Positions 1 to 6,602 are shown, numbered from the stretch's first letter. The stretch: DNA of 6,602 nt from a virus (IMGVR_UViG_2654587509_000020); one strand, 5' to 3'. Notes: generated by a model from the sequence alone, not told the origin. Numbers and translations are program-made.

Positions 1-1191
1 ATGAGTGACTATCATCATGGCGTGCAGGTGCTGGAGATTAACGACGGCACCCGCGTCATTTCCACCGTATCCACTGCCATTGTCGGCATGGTCTGCACGG
101 CCAGCGATGCGGATGCGGAAACCTTCCCCCTCAATAAACCGGTGCTGATTACCAATGTGCAAAGCGCAATTGCAAAGGCCGGTAAAAAAGGCACGCTGGC
201 GGCATCGTTGCAGGCCATCGCTGACCAGTCAAAACCGGTCACCGTTGTCGTGCGCGTGGAAGACGGCACCGGTGATGACGAGGAAACGAAACTCGCGCAG
301 ACCGTTTCCAATATCATCGGCACCACCGACGAAAACGGTCAGTACACCGGACTAAAAGCCCTGCTGGCGGCGGAGTCGGTAACCGGTGTTAAACCGCGTA
401 TTCTCGGTGTGCCGGGACTGGATACCAAAGAGGTGGCTGTTGCACTGGCATCCGTCTGTCAGAAGCTGCGCGCTTTCGGATATATCAGCGCATGGGGCTG
501 TAAGACCATTTCCGAGGTGAAAGCCTACCGCCAGAATTTCAGCCAGCGTGAGCTGATGGTCATCTGGCCGGATTTCCTCGCATGGGATACGGTCACCAGT
601 ACCACCGCCACCGCGTATGCCACCGCCCGTGCGCTGGGTCTGCGCGCTAAAATCGACCAGGAGCAGGGCTGGCATAAAACGCTGTCCAACGTCGGGGTAA
701 ACGGTGTTACCGGCATCAGCGCGTCCGTATTCTGGGATTTGCAGGAGTCCGGCACCGATGCTGACCTGCTTAACGAGTCAGGCGTCACAACGCTGATTCG
801 CCGTGACGGTTTCCGCTTCTGGGGTAACCGTACCTGCTCTGATGACCCGCTGTTCCTCTTTGAAAACTACACCCGCACCGCGCAGGTGCTGGCCGACACG
901 ATGGCTGAGGCGCACATGTGGGCGGTGGACAAGCCCATCACCGCAACGCTGATTCGCGACATCGTTGACGGCATCAATGCCAAATTCCGAGAGCTGAAAA
1001 CAAACGGCTATATCGTGGATGCGACCTGCTGGTTCAGCGAAGAATCCAACGATGCGGAAACCCTCAAGGCCGGAAAACTGTATATCGACTACGACTATAC
1101 CCCGGTGCCTCCTCTCGAAAACCTGACCCTGCGCCAGCGTATTACCGATAAATACCTGGCAAATCTGGTCACCTCGGTTAACAGCAATTAA
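1..1191 (+). CDS. FI: Contractile tail sheath protein (P2 gpFI family)
   Basis: ATG at window position 1 to TAA at 1189-1191, 396 aa, the length I recall for P2 gpFI. The translation (MSDYHHGVQVLEINDGTRVISTV...) is recognisable as P2-type sheath. It is followed 12 nt later by the tube gene, the conserved sheath-tube order. Its promoter and RBS lie upstream of the window. Confidence 0.93.
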   Translation: MSDYHHGVQVLEINDGTRVISTVSTAIVGMVCTASDADAETFPLNKPVLITNVQSAIAKAGKKGTLAASLQAIADQSKPVTVVVRVEDGTGDDEETKLAQTVSNIIGTTDENGQYTGLKALLAAESVTGVKPRILGVPGLDTKEVAVALASVCQKLRAFGYISAWGCKTISEVKAYRQNFSQRELMVIWPDFLAWDTVTSTTATAYATARALGLRAKIDQEQGWHKTLSNVGVNGVTGISASVFWDLQESGTDADLLNESGVTTLIRRDGFRFWGNRTCSDDPLFLFENYTRTAQVLADTMAEAHMWAVDKPITATLIRDIVDGINAKFRELKTNGYIVDATCWFSEESNDAETLKAGKLYIDYDYTPVPPLENLTLRQRITDKYLANLVTSVNSN

Positions 1192-1195
1192 GGAG
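1190..1195 (+). promoter_or_regulatory. Shine-Dalgarno (AAGGAG) for FII
   Basis: AAGGAG sits 8 nt upstream of the FII ATG at 1204 and overlaps the FI stop codon. Confidence 0.8.
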
Positions 1196-1203
1196 CCTGA
1201 CCG

Positions 1204-1722
1204 ATGGCAATGCCGCGCAAACTCAAATACATGAATGTCTTTCTGAACGGCTACAGCTATCAGGGCGTTGCAAAGTCCGTCACGCTGCCAAAACTGACCC
1301 GTAAGCTTGAAAACTATCGCGGTGCGGGGATGAACGGCAGCGCACCGGTAGACCTCGGCCTTGATGACGATGCGCTGTCAATGGAGTGGTCGCTCGGGGG
1401 CTTCCCGGATTCGGTTATCTGGGAACTTTACGCCGCAACCGGCGTGGATGCCGTGCCGATTCGTTTTGCTGGTTCTTACCAGCGTGACGATACCGGCGAA
1501 ACGGTGGCTGTCGAAGTGGTCATGCGTGGACGTCAGAAAGAAATCGACACCGGCGAGGGCAAACAGGGAGAAGACACCGAGTCGAAAATCTCCGTGGTCT
1601 GCACCTATTTCCGACTGACGATGGACGGTAAGGAGCTGGTCGAAATCGACACCATCAACATGATTGAGAAGGTGAACGGTGTCGACCGGCTGGAGCAACA
1701 CCGCCGCAATATCGGCCTGTGA
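1204..1722 (+). CDS. FII: Tail tube protein (P2 gpFII family)
   Basis: 172-aa ORF (MAMPRKLKYMNVFLNGYSYQGVAKSV...) directly downstream of the sheath gene with a strong RBS. The length matches P2 gpFII as I recall it. Confidence 0.92.
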   Translation: MAMPRKLKYMNVFLNGYSYQGVAKSVTLPKLTRKLENYRGAGMNGSAPVDLGLDDDALSMEWSLGGFPDSVIWELYAATGVDAVPIRFAGSYQRDDTGETVAVEVVMRGRQKEIDTGEGKQGEDTESKISVVCTYFRLTMDGKELVEIDTINMIEKVNGVDRLEQHRRNIGL

Positions 1723-1729
1723 TTTTCAT

Positions 1730-1750
1730 CCGGTCAGCCAGGCTGACCGG
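1730..1750 (+). other. Perfect 21-nt palindrome (predicted RNA stem-loop) in the FII-E intergenic region
   Basis: CCGGTCAGCC-A-GGCTGACCGG read directly from the sequence: 10-nt arms that are exact reverse complements around a central A. It starts 8 nt after the FII stop codon and is not followed by a U-tract. Confidence 0.6.
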
Positions 1751-1778
1751 TTAACCCTGATTCAGAAGTGAGAAAACC

Positions 1779-2054
1779 ATGAACAAAGAAAATGTCATTA
1801 CCCTGGACAATCCGGTTAAACGTGGTGAGCAGGTTATCGAACAGGTCACGCTGATGAAACCTAATGCCGGGACGCTGCGCGGTGTCAGTCTGGCTGCGGT
1901 CGCAAACTCAGAAGTCGATGCACTGATTAAGGTGCTGCCGCGCATGACGGCACCGATGCTGACCGAGCAGGAAGTCGCCGCGCTGGAACTGCCTGACCTT
2001 GTGGCGCTGGCCGGTAAGGTGGTCGGTTTTTTGTCGCCGAACTCGGTGCGGTAA
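1779..2054 (+). CDS. E: Tail assembly chaperone gpE (frame-0 product)
   Basis: 91-aa ORF (MNKENVITLDNPVKRGEQVIEQVTLMKPNAG...) ending at TAA 2052-2054. It sits between the tube and tape-measure genes, the conserved chaperone position, and contains a slippery heptamer near its 3' end. Confidence 0.9.
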   Translation: MNKENVITLDNPVKRGEQVIEQVTLMKPNAGTLRGVSLAAVANSEVDALIKVLPRMTAPMLTEQEVAALELPDLVALAGKVVGFLSPNSVR

Positions 2055-2206
2055 CGTTCCCGAAAAATCTCTCGGTCGATGACCTGATGGCGGATGTGGC
2101 AGTGATATTTCACTGGCCGCCATCAGAACTGTATCCCATGAGCCTGACCGAACTCATCACATGGCGCGAAAAGGCGCTCCGGCGAAGCGGAAACACGAAT
2201 GAGTAA
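1779..2206 (+). CDS. E+E': Tail assembly chaperone gpE+E' (-1 frameshift fusion; about 85 aa from E plus 57 aa from the -1 frame, 142 aa in total)
   Basis: The -1 frame from 2033 translates by hand as VAELGAVTFPKNLSVDDLMADVAVIFHWPPSELYPMSLTELITWREKALRRSGNTNE and stops at 2204-2206. The 142-aa total matches P2 E+E' as I recall it. The arrangement parallels lambda G/GT and the documented P2 E/E' frameshift. This is a single translation with a -1 shift at 2027-2033, not a contiguous ORF. Confidence 0.82.
2027..2033 (+). promoter_or_regulatory. Programmed -1 ribosomal frameshift slippery heptamer (T TTT TTG)
   Basis: In the E frame the codons are GGT(2025-2027) TTT(2028-2030) TTG(2031-2033), giving the X XXY YYZ heptamer T-TTT-TTG. 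After a -1 slip the next codon is GTC at 2033 and the frame stays open to TAA at 2204-2206. Confidence 0.85.
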
Positions 2207-4646
2207 CAATGTAAAATTACAGGTATTGCTCAGGGCTGTTGACCAGGCATCCCGCCCGTTTAAATCCATCCGCACAGCAAGTAAGTCGCTGTCGGGGGAT
2301 ATCCGGGAAACACAAAAATCACTGCGCGAGCTGAACGGTCACGCATCCCGTATTGAGGGGTTCCGCAAGACCAGTGCACAGCTCGCCGTGACTGGTCATG
2401 CACTTGAAAAGGCACGGCAGGAGGCCGAAGCCCTTGCCACACAGTTTAAAAACACCGAACGTCCGACCCGTGCTCAGGCGAAAGTGCTGGAATCCGCAAA
2501 GCGTGCGGCGGAGGACTTACAGGCGAAATATAACCGCCTGACGGATTCCGTTAAACGCCAGCAGCGGGAACTGGCCGCTGTGGGAATTAATACCCGCAAT
2601 CTTGCACATGATGAGCAGGGACTGAAAAACCGTATCAGTGAAACCACCGCACAACTTAACCGTCAGCGTGACGCGCTGGCACGTGTCAGTGCACAACAGG
2701 CAAAACTTAACGCAGTCAAACAGCGTTATCAGGCCGGAAAGGAGCTGGCCGGAAATATGGCCTCGGTGGGCGCTGCCGGTGTGGGGATTGCTGCTGCGGG
2801 AACGATGGCCGGAGTTAAGCTGCTGATGCCCGGTTATGAGTTTGCGCAGAAAAACTCAGAATTACAGGCTGTGCTCGGAGTGGCAAAAGACTCCACCGAA
2901 ATGGCCGCACTACGCAAACAGGCGCGCCAGCTCGGCGACAACACCGCCGCCTCGGCGGATGATGCGGCCGGTGCACAGATTATCATTGCGAAAGCGGGTG
3001 GAGATGTTGATGCCATTCAGGCGGCAACGCCGGTCACACTGAACATGGCGCTGGCGAACCGCCGCACGATGGAAGAAAACGCCGCCCTGCTGATGGGGAT
3101 GAAATCCGCCTTTCAGCTTTCAAACGATAAGGTCGCTCATATCGGGGATGTTCTCTCCATGACGATGAACAAAACCGCCGCCGATTTTGACGGCATGAGC
3201 GATGCGCTGACCTATGCCGCACCTGTGGCAAAAAATGCCGGTGTCAGCATTGAAGAAACCGCCGCAATGGTCGGGGCACTGCATGATGCAAAAATCACAG
3301 GCTCAATGGCGGGGACGGGAAGCCGTGCCGTGTTAAGTCGCCTGCAGGCACCGACGGGAAAAGCATGGGATGCACTCAAAGAGCTTGGTGTGAAAACCTC
3401 AGACAGCAAGGGAAACACCCGACCAGTATTTACCATTCTGAAAGAAATGCAGGCCAGTTTTGAGAAAAACCGGCTCGGTACTGCCCCGCAGGCTGAATAC
3501 ATGAAAACCATTTTCGGGGAGGAGGCCAGCTCAGCCGCCGCCGTGCTGATGACTGCCGCCTCAACCGGAAAGCTGGACAAACTGACCGCTGCGTTTAAAG
3601 CCTCAGACGGGAAGACCGCCGAGCTGGTAAATATCATGCAGGACAACCTCGGCGGTGACTTTAAGGAGTTTCAGTCCGCTTATGAGGCAGTGGGGACAGA
3701 CCTGTTTGACCAGCAGGAAGGCGCGCTGCGTAAGCTCACGCAGACGGCCACAAAGTATGTGTTAAAACTCGACGGCTGGATACAGAAAAACAAATCACTG
3801 GCGTCAACCATTGGCCTCATTGCCGGTGGCGCGCTGGCGCTTACTGGCATCATCGGTGCAATTGGTCTTGTAGCCTGGCCGGTTATCACCGGCATTAATG
3901 CCATCATCGCGGCAGCAGGCGCAATGGGGGCAATCTTCACGACGGTTGGCAGTGCTGTTATGACCGCCATCGGGGCGGTTAGCTGGCCGGTTGTGGCTGT
4001 GGTGGCCGCTATTGTCGCCGGGGCGTTGCTTATCCGTAAATACTGGGAGCCTGTCAGCGCATTCTTTGGCGGTGTGGTTGAAGGGCTGAAAGCGGCATTT
4101 GCGCCGGTGGGGGAGCTGTTCACGCCACTGAAACCGGTGTTTGACTGGCTGGGCGAAAAGTTACAGGCCGCGTGGCAGTGGTTTAAAAACCTGATTGCCC
4201 CGGTTAAAGCCACCCGGGACACCCTGAATCGTTGCCGTGACACGGGCGTCATGTTCGGGCAGGCACTGGCTGACGCGCTGATGCTGCCGCTTAATGCGTT
4301 CAACAAACTGCGCAGCGGTATTGACTGGGTACTGGAAAAGCTCGGGGTCATCAACAAAGAGTCAGACACACTTGACCAGACCGCCGCCAGAACTCATGCC
4401 GCCACGTATGGCACCGGTGGTTATATTCCGGCGACCAGCTCTTATGCAGGCTATCAGGCTTATCAGCCGGTCACGGCACCGGCTGGCCGCTCTTATGTGG
4501 ACCAGAGTAAAAACGAATATCACATCAGCCTGACGGGTGGTACTGCGCCGGGGATACAGCTTGACCGCCAGTTACAGGATGCGCTCGAAAAATACGAGCG
4601 GGATAAACGTGCGCGCGCTCGTGCCAGCATGATGCATGACGGTTAA
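2199..4646 (+). CDS. T: Tail tape measure protein (P2 gpT family)
   Basis: 815-aa ORF. The N-terminal third is charged and alpha-helical/coiled-coil-like (...RETQKSLRELNGHASRIEGFRKTSAQLA...). There is a central tape-measure core. The C-terminal third carries long hydrophobic Gly/Ala-rich segments (LIAGGALALTGIIGAIGLVAWPVITGINAIIAAAGAMGAIF...). The ATG at 2199 overlaps the end of E' (stop at 2204-2206), suggesting translational coupling. Confidence 0.93.
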   Translation: MSNNVKLQVLLRAVDQASRPFKSIRTASKSLSGDIRETQKSLRELNGHASRIEGFRKTSAQLAVTGHALEKARQEAEALATQFKNTERPTRAQAKVLESAKRAAEDLQAKYNRLTDSVKRQQRELAAVGINTRNLAHDEQGLKNRISETTAQLNRQRDALARVSAQQAKLNAVKQRYQAGKELAGNMASVGAAGVGIAAAGTMAGVKLLMPGYEFAQKNSELQAVLGVAKDSTEMAALRKQARQLGDNTAASADDAAGAQIIIAKAGGDVDAIQAATPVTLNMALANRRTMEENAALLMGMKSAFQLSNDKVAHIGDVLSMTMNKTAADFDGMSDALTYAAPVAKNAGVSIEETAAMVGALHDAKITGSMAGTGSRAVLSRLQAPTGKAWDALKELGVKTSDSKGNTRPVFTILKEMQASFEKNRLGTAPQAEYMKTIFGEEASSAAAVLMTAASTGKLDKLTAAFKASDGKTAELVNIMQDNLGGDFKEFQSAYEAVGTDLFDQQEGALRKLTQTATKYVLKLDGWIQKNKSLASTIGLIAGGALALTGIIGAIGLVAWPVITGINAIIAAAGAMGAIFTTVGSAVMTAIGAVSWPVVAVVAAIVAGALLIRKYWEPVSAFFGGVVEGLKAAFAPVGELFTPLKPVFDWLGEKLQAAWQWFKNLIAPVKATRDTLNRCRDTGVMFGQALADALMLPLNAFNKLRSGIDWVLEKLGVINKESDTLDQTAARTHAATYGTGGYIPATSSYAGYQAYQPVTAPAGRSYVDQSKNEYHISLTGGTAPGIQLDRQLQDALEKYERDKRARARASMMHDG

Positions 4647-4654
4647 GGAGGTGA
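4645..4654 (+). promoter_or_regulatory. Shine-Dalgarno (AAGGAGGTGA) for U
   Basis: A near-consensus SD overlapping the T stop codon (TAA 4644-4646), 6 nt upstream of the U ATG at 4661. Confidence 0.85.
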
Positions 4655-4660
4655 CGAAAA

Positions 4661-5140
4661 ATGATGCTCGCGTTAGGTATGTTTGTTTTTATGCGCCAGA
4701 CGCTGCCACACCAGACCATGCAGCGTGAATCAGATTATCGCTGGCCGTCAAATTCCCGTATCGGTAAACGGGATGCCTTTCAGTTTCTCGGTGTTGGCGA
4801 GGAAAACATCACGCTTGCCGGTGTGCTTTATCCCGAACTGACCGGCGGAAAGCTGACGATGACCACGCTCAGGCTGATGGCAGAGGAAGGTCGGGCGTGG
4901 CCGTTGCTGGATGGCACCGGCATGATTTACGGCATGTATGTCATCAGCAGGGTGAGTGAAACAGGGAGTATTTTCTTTGCAGACGGCACACCCCGAAAAA
5001 TTGATTTTACGCTGTCGCTCACCCGCGTTGATGAATCACTGGCCGCGCTTTATGGCGATATCGGTAAACAGGCGGAATCGCTCATCGGTAAGGCTGGCAG
5101 TATGGCGACCAGATTCACAGGTATGACGGGGGCGGGATAA
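4661..5140 (+). CDS. U: Tail protein gpU (P2 gpU family)
   Basis: 159-aa ORF with a strong RBS immediately after T. Its length and position match P2 gpU. Its stop codon TAA (5138-5140) overlaps the D start by 1 nt. Confidence 0.88.
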   Translation: MMLALGMFVFMRQTLPHQTMQRESDYRWPSNSRIGKRDAFQFLGVGEENITLAGVLYPELTGGKLTMTTLRLMAEEGRAWPLLDGTGMIYGMYVISRVSETGSIFFADGTPRKIDFTLSLTRVDESLAALYGDIGKQAESLIGKAGSMATRFTGMTGAG

Positions 5141-6303
5141 TGCTGGATGCGCTGACATTTGATGCAGGCAGTACGCTGACGCCGGATTACATGCTGATGC
5201 TCGACAACAGGGATATTACCGGCAATATCAGCGACCGTCTGATGAGCATGACCCTGACGGATAACCGGGGCTTTGAGGCTGACCAGCTTGATATTGAACT
5301 GAACGATGCCGACGGGCAGGTCGGGCTGCCGGTTCGTGGCGCTGTCCTGACGGTGTATATCGGCTGGAAAGGTTTTGCCCTGGTATGCAAAGGGAAATTC
5401 ACCGTTGATGAGGTTGAACACCGGGGCGCGCCGGATGTGGTCACCATCCGCGCCCGGAGTGCAGATTTCCGCGGGACGCTCAATTCCCGCCGGGAAGGCT
5501 CCTGGCATGACACCACGCTCGGTGCAATTGTTGAGGCGATAGCCTCCCGTAACAGGCTGGAAGCCAGTGTCGCTCCGTCACTGGCCGGAATTAAAATCCC
5601 GCACATCGACCAGTCGCAGGAGTCTGATGCGAAATTCCTGACCCGTCTTGCAGAACGCAACGGCGGTGAGGTGTCGGTAAAAATGGGAAAACTGTTGTTT
5701 CTCAAAGCGGGGCAGGGGGTGACGCCCAGCGGTAAAAAAATCCCGCAGGTCACCATAACCCGCAGCGACGGCGACCGCCATCATTTTGCGATTGCTGACC
5801 GTGGAGCCTATACCGGCGTAACGGCAAAGTGGTTACACACCAAAGACCCGAAGCCGCAAAAGCAGAAGGTAAAACTGAAACGCAAAAAGAAAGAGAAACA
5901 CCTGCGCGCACTGGAGCACCCGAAAGCGAAACCAGTCACGCAGAAGAAAGCGCCAAAAGTACCGGAAGCGCGCGAAGGTGAATACATGGCCGGTGAAGCT
6001 GACAACGTTTTTGCCCTGACCACGGTATATGCCACGAAAGCGCAGGCCATGCGCGCCGCTCAGGCGAAGTGGGATAAACTGCAACGGGGCGTTGCGGAGT
6101 TCTCCATCAGCCTTGCCACTGGTCGTGCTGATATTTACACGGAAACACCGGTCAGAGTGTCAGGCTTTAAGCGCGTCATAGACGAGCAGGACTGGACAAT
6201 CACTAAGGTGACACATTTTCTGAATAATAGCGGCTTCACGACGTCCTTAGAGCTTGAGGTCAGGCTTTCTGATGTGGAGTACGAAACAGAAGATGATGAT
6301 TAA
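5140..6303 (+). CDS. D: Tail/baseplate hub protein gpD (phage late control gene D family)
   Basis: 387-aa ORF whose ATG (5140-5142) overlaps the U stop in a TAATG junction. It is the last gene of the tail operon, and its length matches P2 gpD. It contains an internal lysine-rich segment at about residues 235-276. Confidence 0.88.
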   Translation: MLDALTFDAGSTLTPDYMLMLDNRDITGNISDRLMSMTLTDNRGFEADQLDIELNDADGQVGLPVRGAVLTVYIGWKGFALVCKGKFTVDEVEHRGAPDVVTIRARSADFRGTLNSRREGSWHDTTLGAIVEAIASRNRLEASVAPSLAGIKIPHIDQSQESDAKFLTRLAERNGGEVSVKMGKLLFLKAGQGVTPSGKKIPQVTITRSDGDRHHFAIADRGAYTGVTAKWLHTKDPKPQKQKVKLKRKKKEKHLRALEHPKAKPVTQKKAPKVPEAREGEYMAGEADNVFALTTVYATKAQAMRAAQAKWDKLQRGVAEFSISLATGRADIYTETPVRVSGFKRVIDEQDWTITKVTHFLNNSGFTTSLELEVRLSDVEYETEDDD

Positions 6304-6320
6304 TGTTTTGTTTTATCTGT

Positions 6321-6349
6321 TTGTTTTATAAGGATAAATTAAATAAAAT
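6321..6349 (+). promoter_or_regulatory. Putative sigma70-type promoter for ogr (-35 TTGTTT, 17-bp spacer, -10 TAAAAT)
   Basis: TTGTTT at 6321-6326 and TAAAAT at 6344-6349, separated by 17 bp, lie in the AT-rich D-ogr intergenic region. This predicts a transcription start near 6356, ahead of the GGAAGAGG RBS and the ATG at 6384. It is a motif match only. Confidence 0.45.
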
Positions 6350-6383
6350 GGCACCATTAACAAAACCGGAAGAGGTGCTCGCG

Positions 6384-6602
6384 ATGTTTCATTGTCCTTT
6401 ATGCCAGCATGCCGCACATGCGCGTACAAGTCGCTATATCACTGACACGACAAAAGAGCGTTATCACCAGTGCCAGAACGTGAATTGCAGCGCCACGTTC
6501 ATCACTTATGAGTCGGTACAGCGTTACATCGTGAAGCCGGGAGAAGTCCACGCCGTGAGGCCGCACCCGTTGCCGTCAGGGCAGCAAATTATGTGGATGT
6601 GA
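6384..6602 (+). CDS. ogr: Late transcription activator Ogr (Cys4 zinc-finger, P2 Ogr/Delta family)
   Basis: 72-aa product MFHCPLCQHAAHARTSRYITDTTKERYHQCQNVNCSATF...QQIMWM with a C-x2-C...C-x4-C zinc-binding motif (Cys4, Cys7, Cys30, Cys35) and Tyr42. It matches P2 Ogr as I recall it. GGAAGAGG lies 8-9 nt upstream of the ATG at 6384. The 99-aa ORF in the track starting at 6303 is an in-frame upstream extension, not the real start. Confidence 0.9.
   Translation: MFHCPLCQHAAHARTSRYITDTTKERYHQCQNVNCSATFITYESVQRYIVKPGEVHAVRPHPLPSGQQIMWM

Noticed and set aside
15-788. Several short ORFs overlapping FI in other frames or on the minus strand (15-326, 155-355, 352-675, 525-788)
   Set aside because: All are nested within the sheath gene. 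Their translations are compositionally biased and have no start signals.
1361-1701. Alternative-frame ORFs inside FII (85 aa on the + strand, 107 aa on the - strand)
   Set aside because: They are nested inside the tail tube gene, which has a strong RBS and the expected length. There is no independent support.
1751-2123. Minus-strand ORFs (120 and 71 aa) antisense to E and E'
   Set aside because: The region is already doubly coded by E and the -1 frame E'. A third functional reading on the opposite strand is very unlikely, and there is no RBS or recognisable protein feature.
3680-4369. 229-aa minus-strand ORF, plus the 144-aa ORF at 3212-3646, antisense to the tape measure gene
   Set aside because: Both lie entirely inside the well-supported T coding sequence. 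Their translations are Ala/Ser/Thr/Pro-rich low-complexity strings, as expected from reading GC-rich coding DNA in reverse, and neither has a convincing RBS. They are most likely spurious.
5050-5756. Minus-strand ORFs of 152 aa and 189 aa antisense to U and D
   Set aside because: They are fully nested antisense to the strongly supported U and D genes and have no start context or recognisable protein features. They are antisense artefacts.
5808-6084. Two minus-strand ORFs (80 and 83 aa) with Phe/Leu/Arg-rich translations
   Set aside because: They are the reverse-complement reading of the lysine-rich (AAA/AAG) segment of D, which produces runs of TTT/CTT codons. They are an artefact of the low-complexity region.
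6290-6330. Possible intrinsic terminator after D (T-rich run TGTTTTGTTTTATCTGTTTGTTTT)
   Set aside because: A T-rich tract is present, but I could not identify a stable GC-rich hairpin immediately upstream, so I do not call it a terminator. It may simply be AT-rich promoter DNA for ogr.
6303-6383. N-terminal extension of ogr (ATG at 6303 or 6348) suggested by the 99-aa ORF-track entry
   Set aside because: The known Ogr-family N-terminus is MFHCPLC, starting at 6384 with a good RBS. The upstream region is AT-rich with promoter-like hexamers, and the 6303 ATG overlaps the D stop codon with no SD.
1-6602. Search for CRISPR repeats, tRNA/rRNA genes, insertion-sequence inverted repeats, integrase or att sites, and morons
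   Set aside because: I saw no regularly spaced direct repeats, no cloverleaf-like or rRNA-like segments, and no transposase-like ORFs. The coding density is fully accounted for by the tail genes and ogr, with no unexplained intergenic space larger than about 80 nt.

Overview
This window is a canonical P2-family (Peduovirus-like) contractile-tail late operon followed by the late-gene activator ogr, all on the + strand. The order is FI (tail sheath, 396 aa), FII (tail tube, 172 aa), E and the -1 frameshift product E+E' (tail assembly chaperones, 91 and 142 aa), T (tape measure, 815 aa), U (159 aa), D (387 aa), then ogr (72 aa) with its own promoter. Gene order and product lengths match what I recall for phage P2, and the Ogr sequence appears identical to P2 Ogr from memory, so this is most likely P2 itself or a near-identical enterobacterial prophage; I could not run a search to confirm. 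Genes are tightly packed with strong Shine-Dalgarno sites or overlapping stop/start codons. I see no rRNA, tRNA, CRISPR array, insertion sequence or foreign insertion (moron). The minus-strand ORFs in the track all lie antisense to well-supported genes and look spurious. I do not find evidence for a previously undescribed system here. The points worth a second look are the E/E' slippery site, a perfect palindrome between FII and E, a lysine-rich segment inside D, and the ogr start and promoter.
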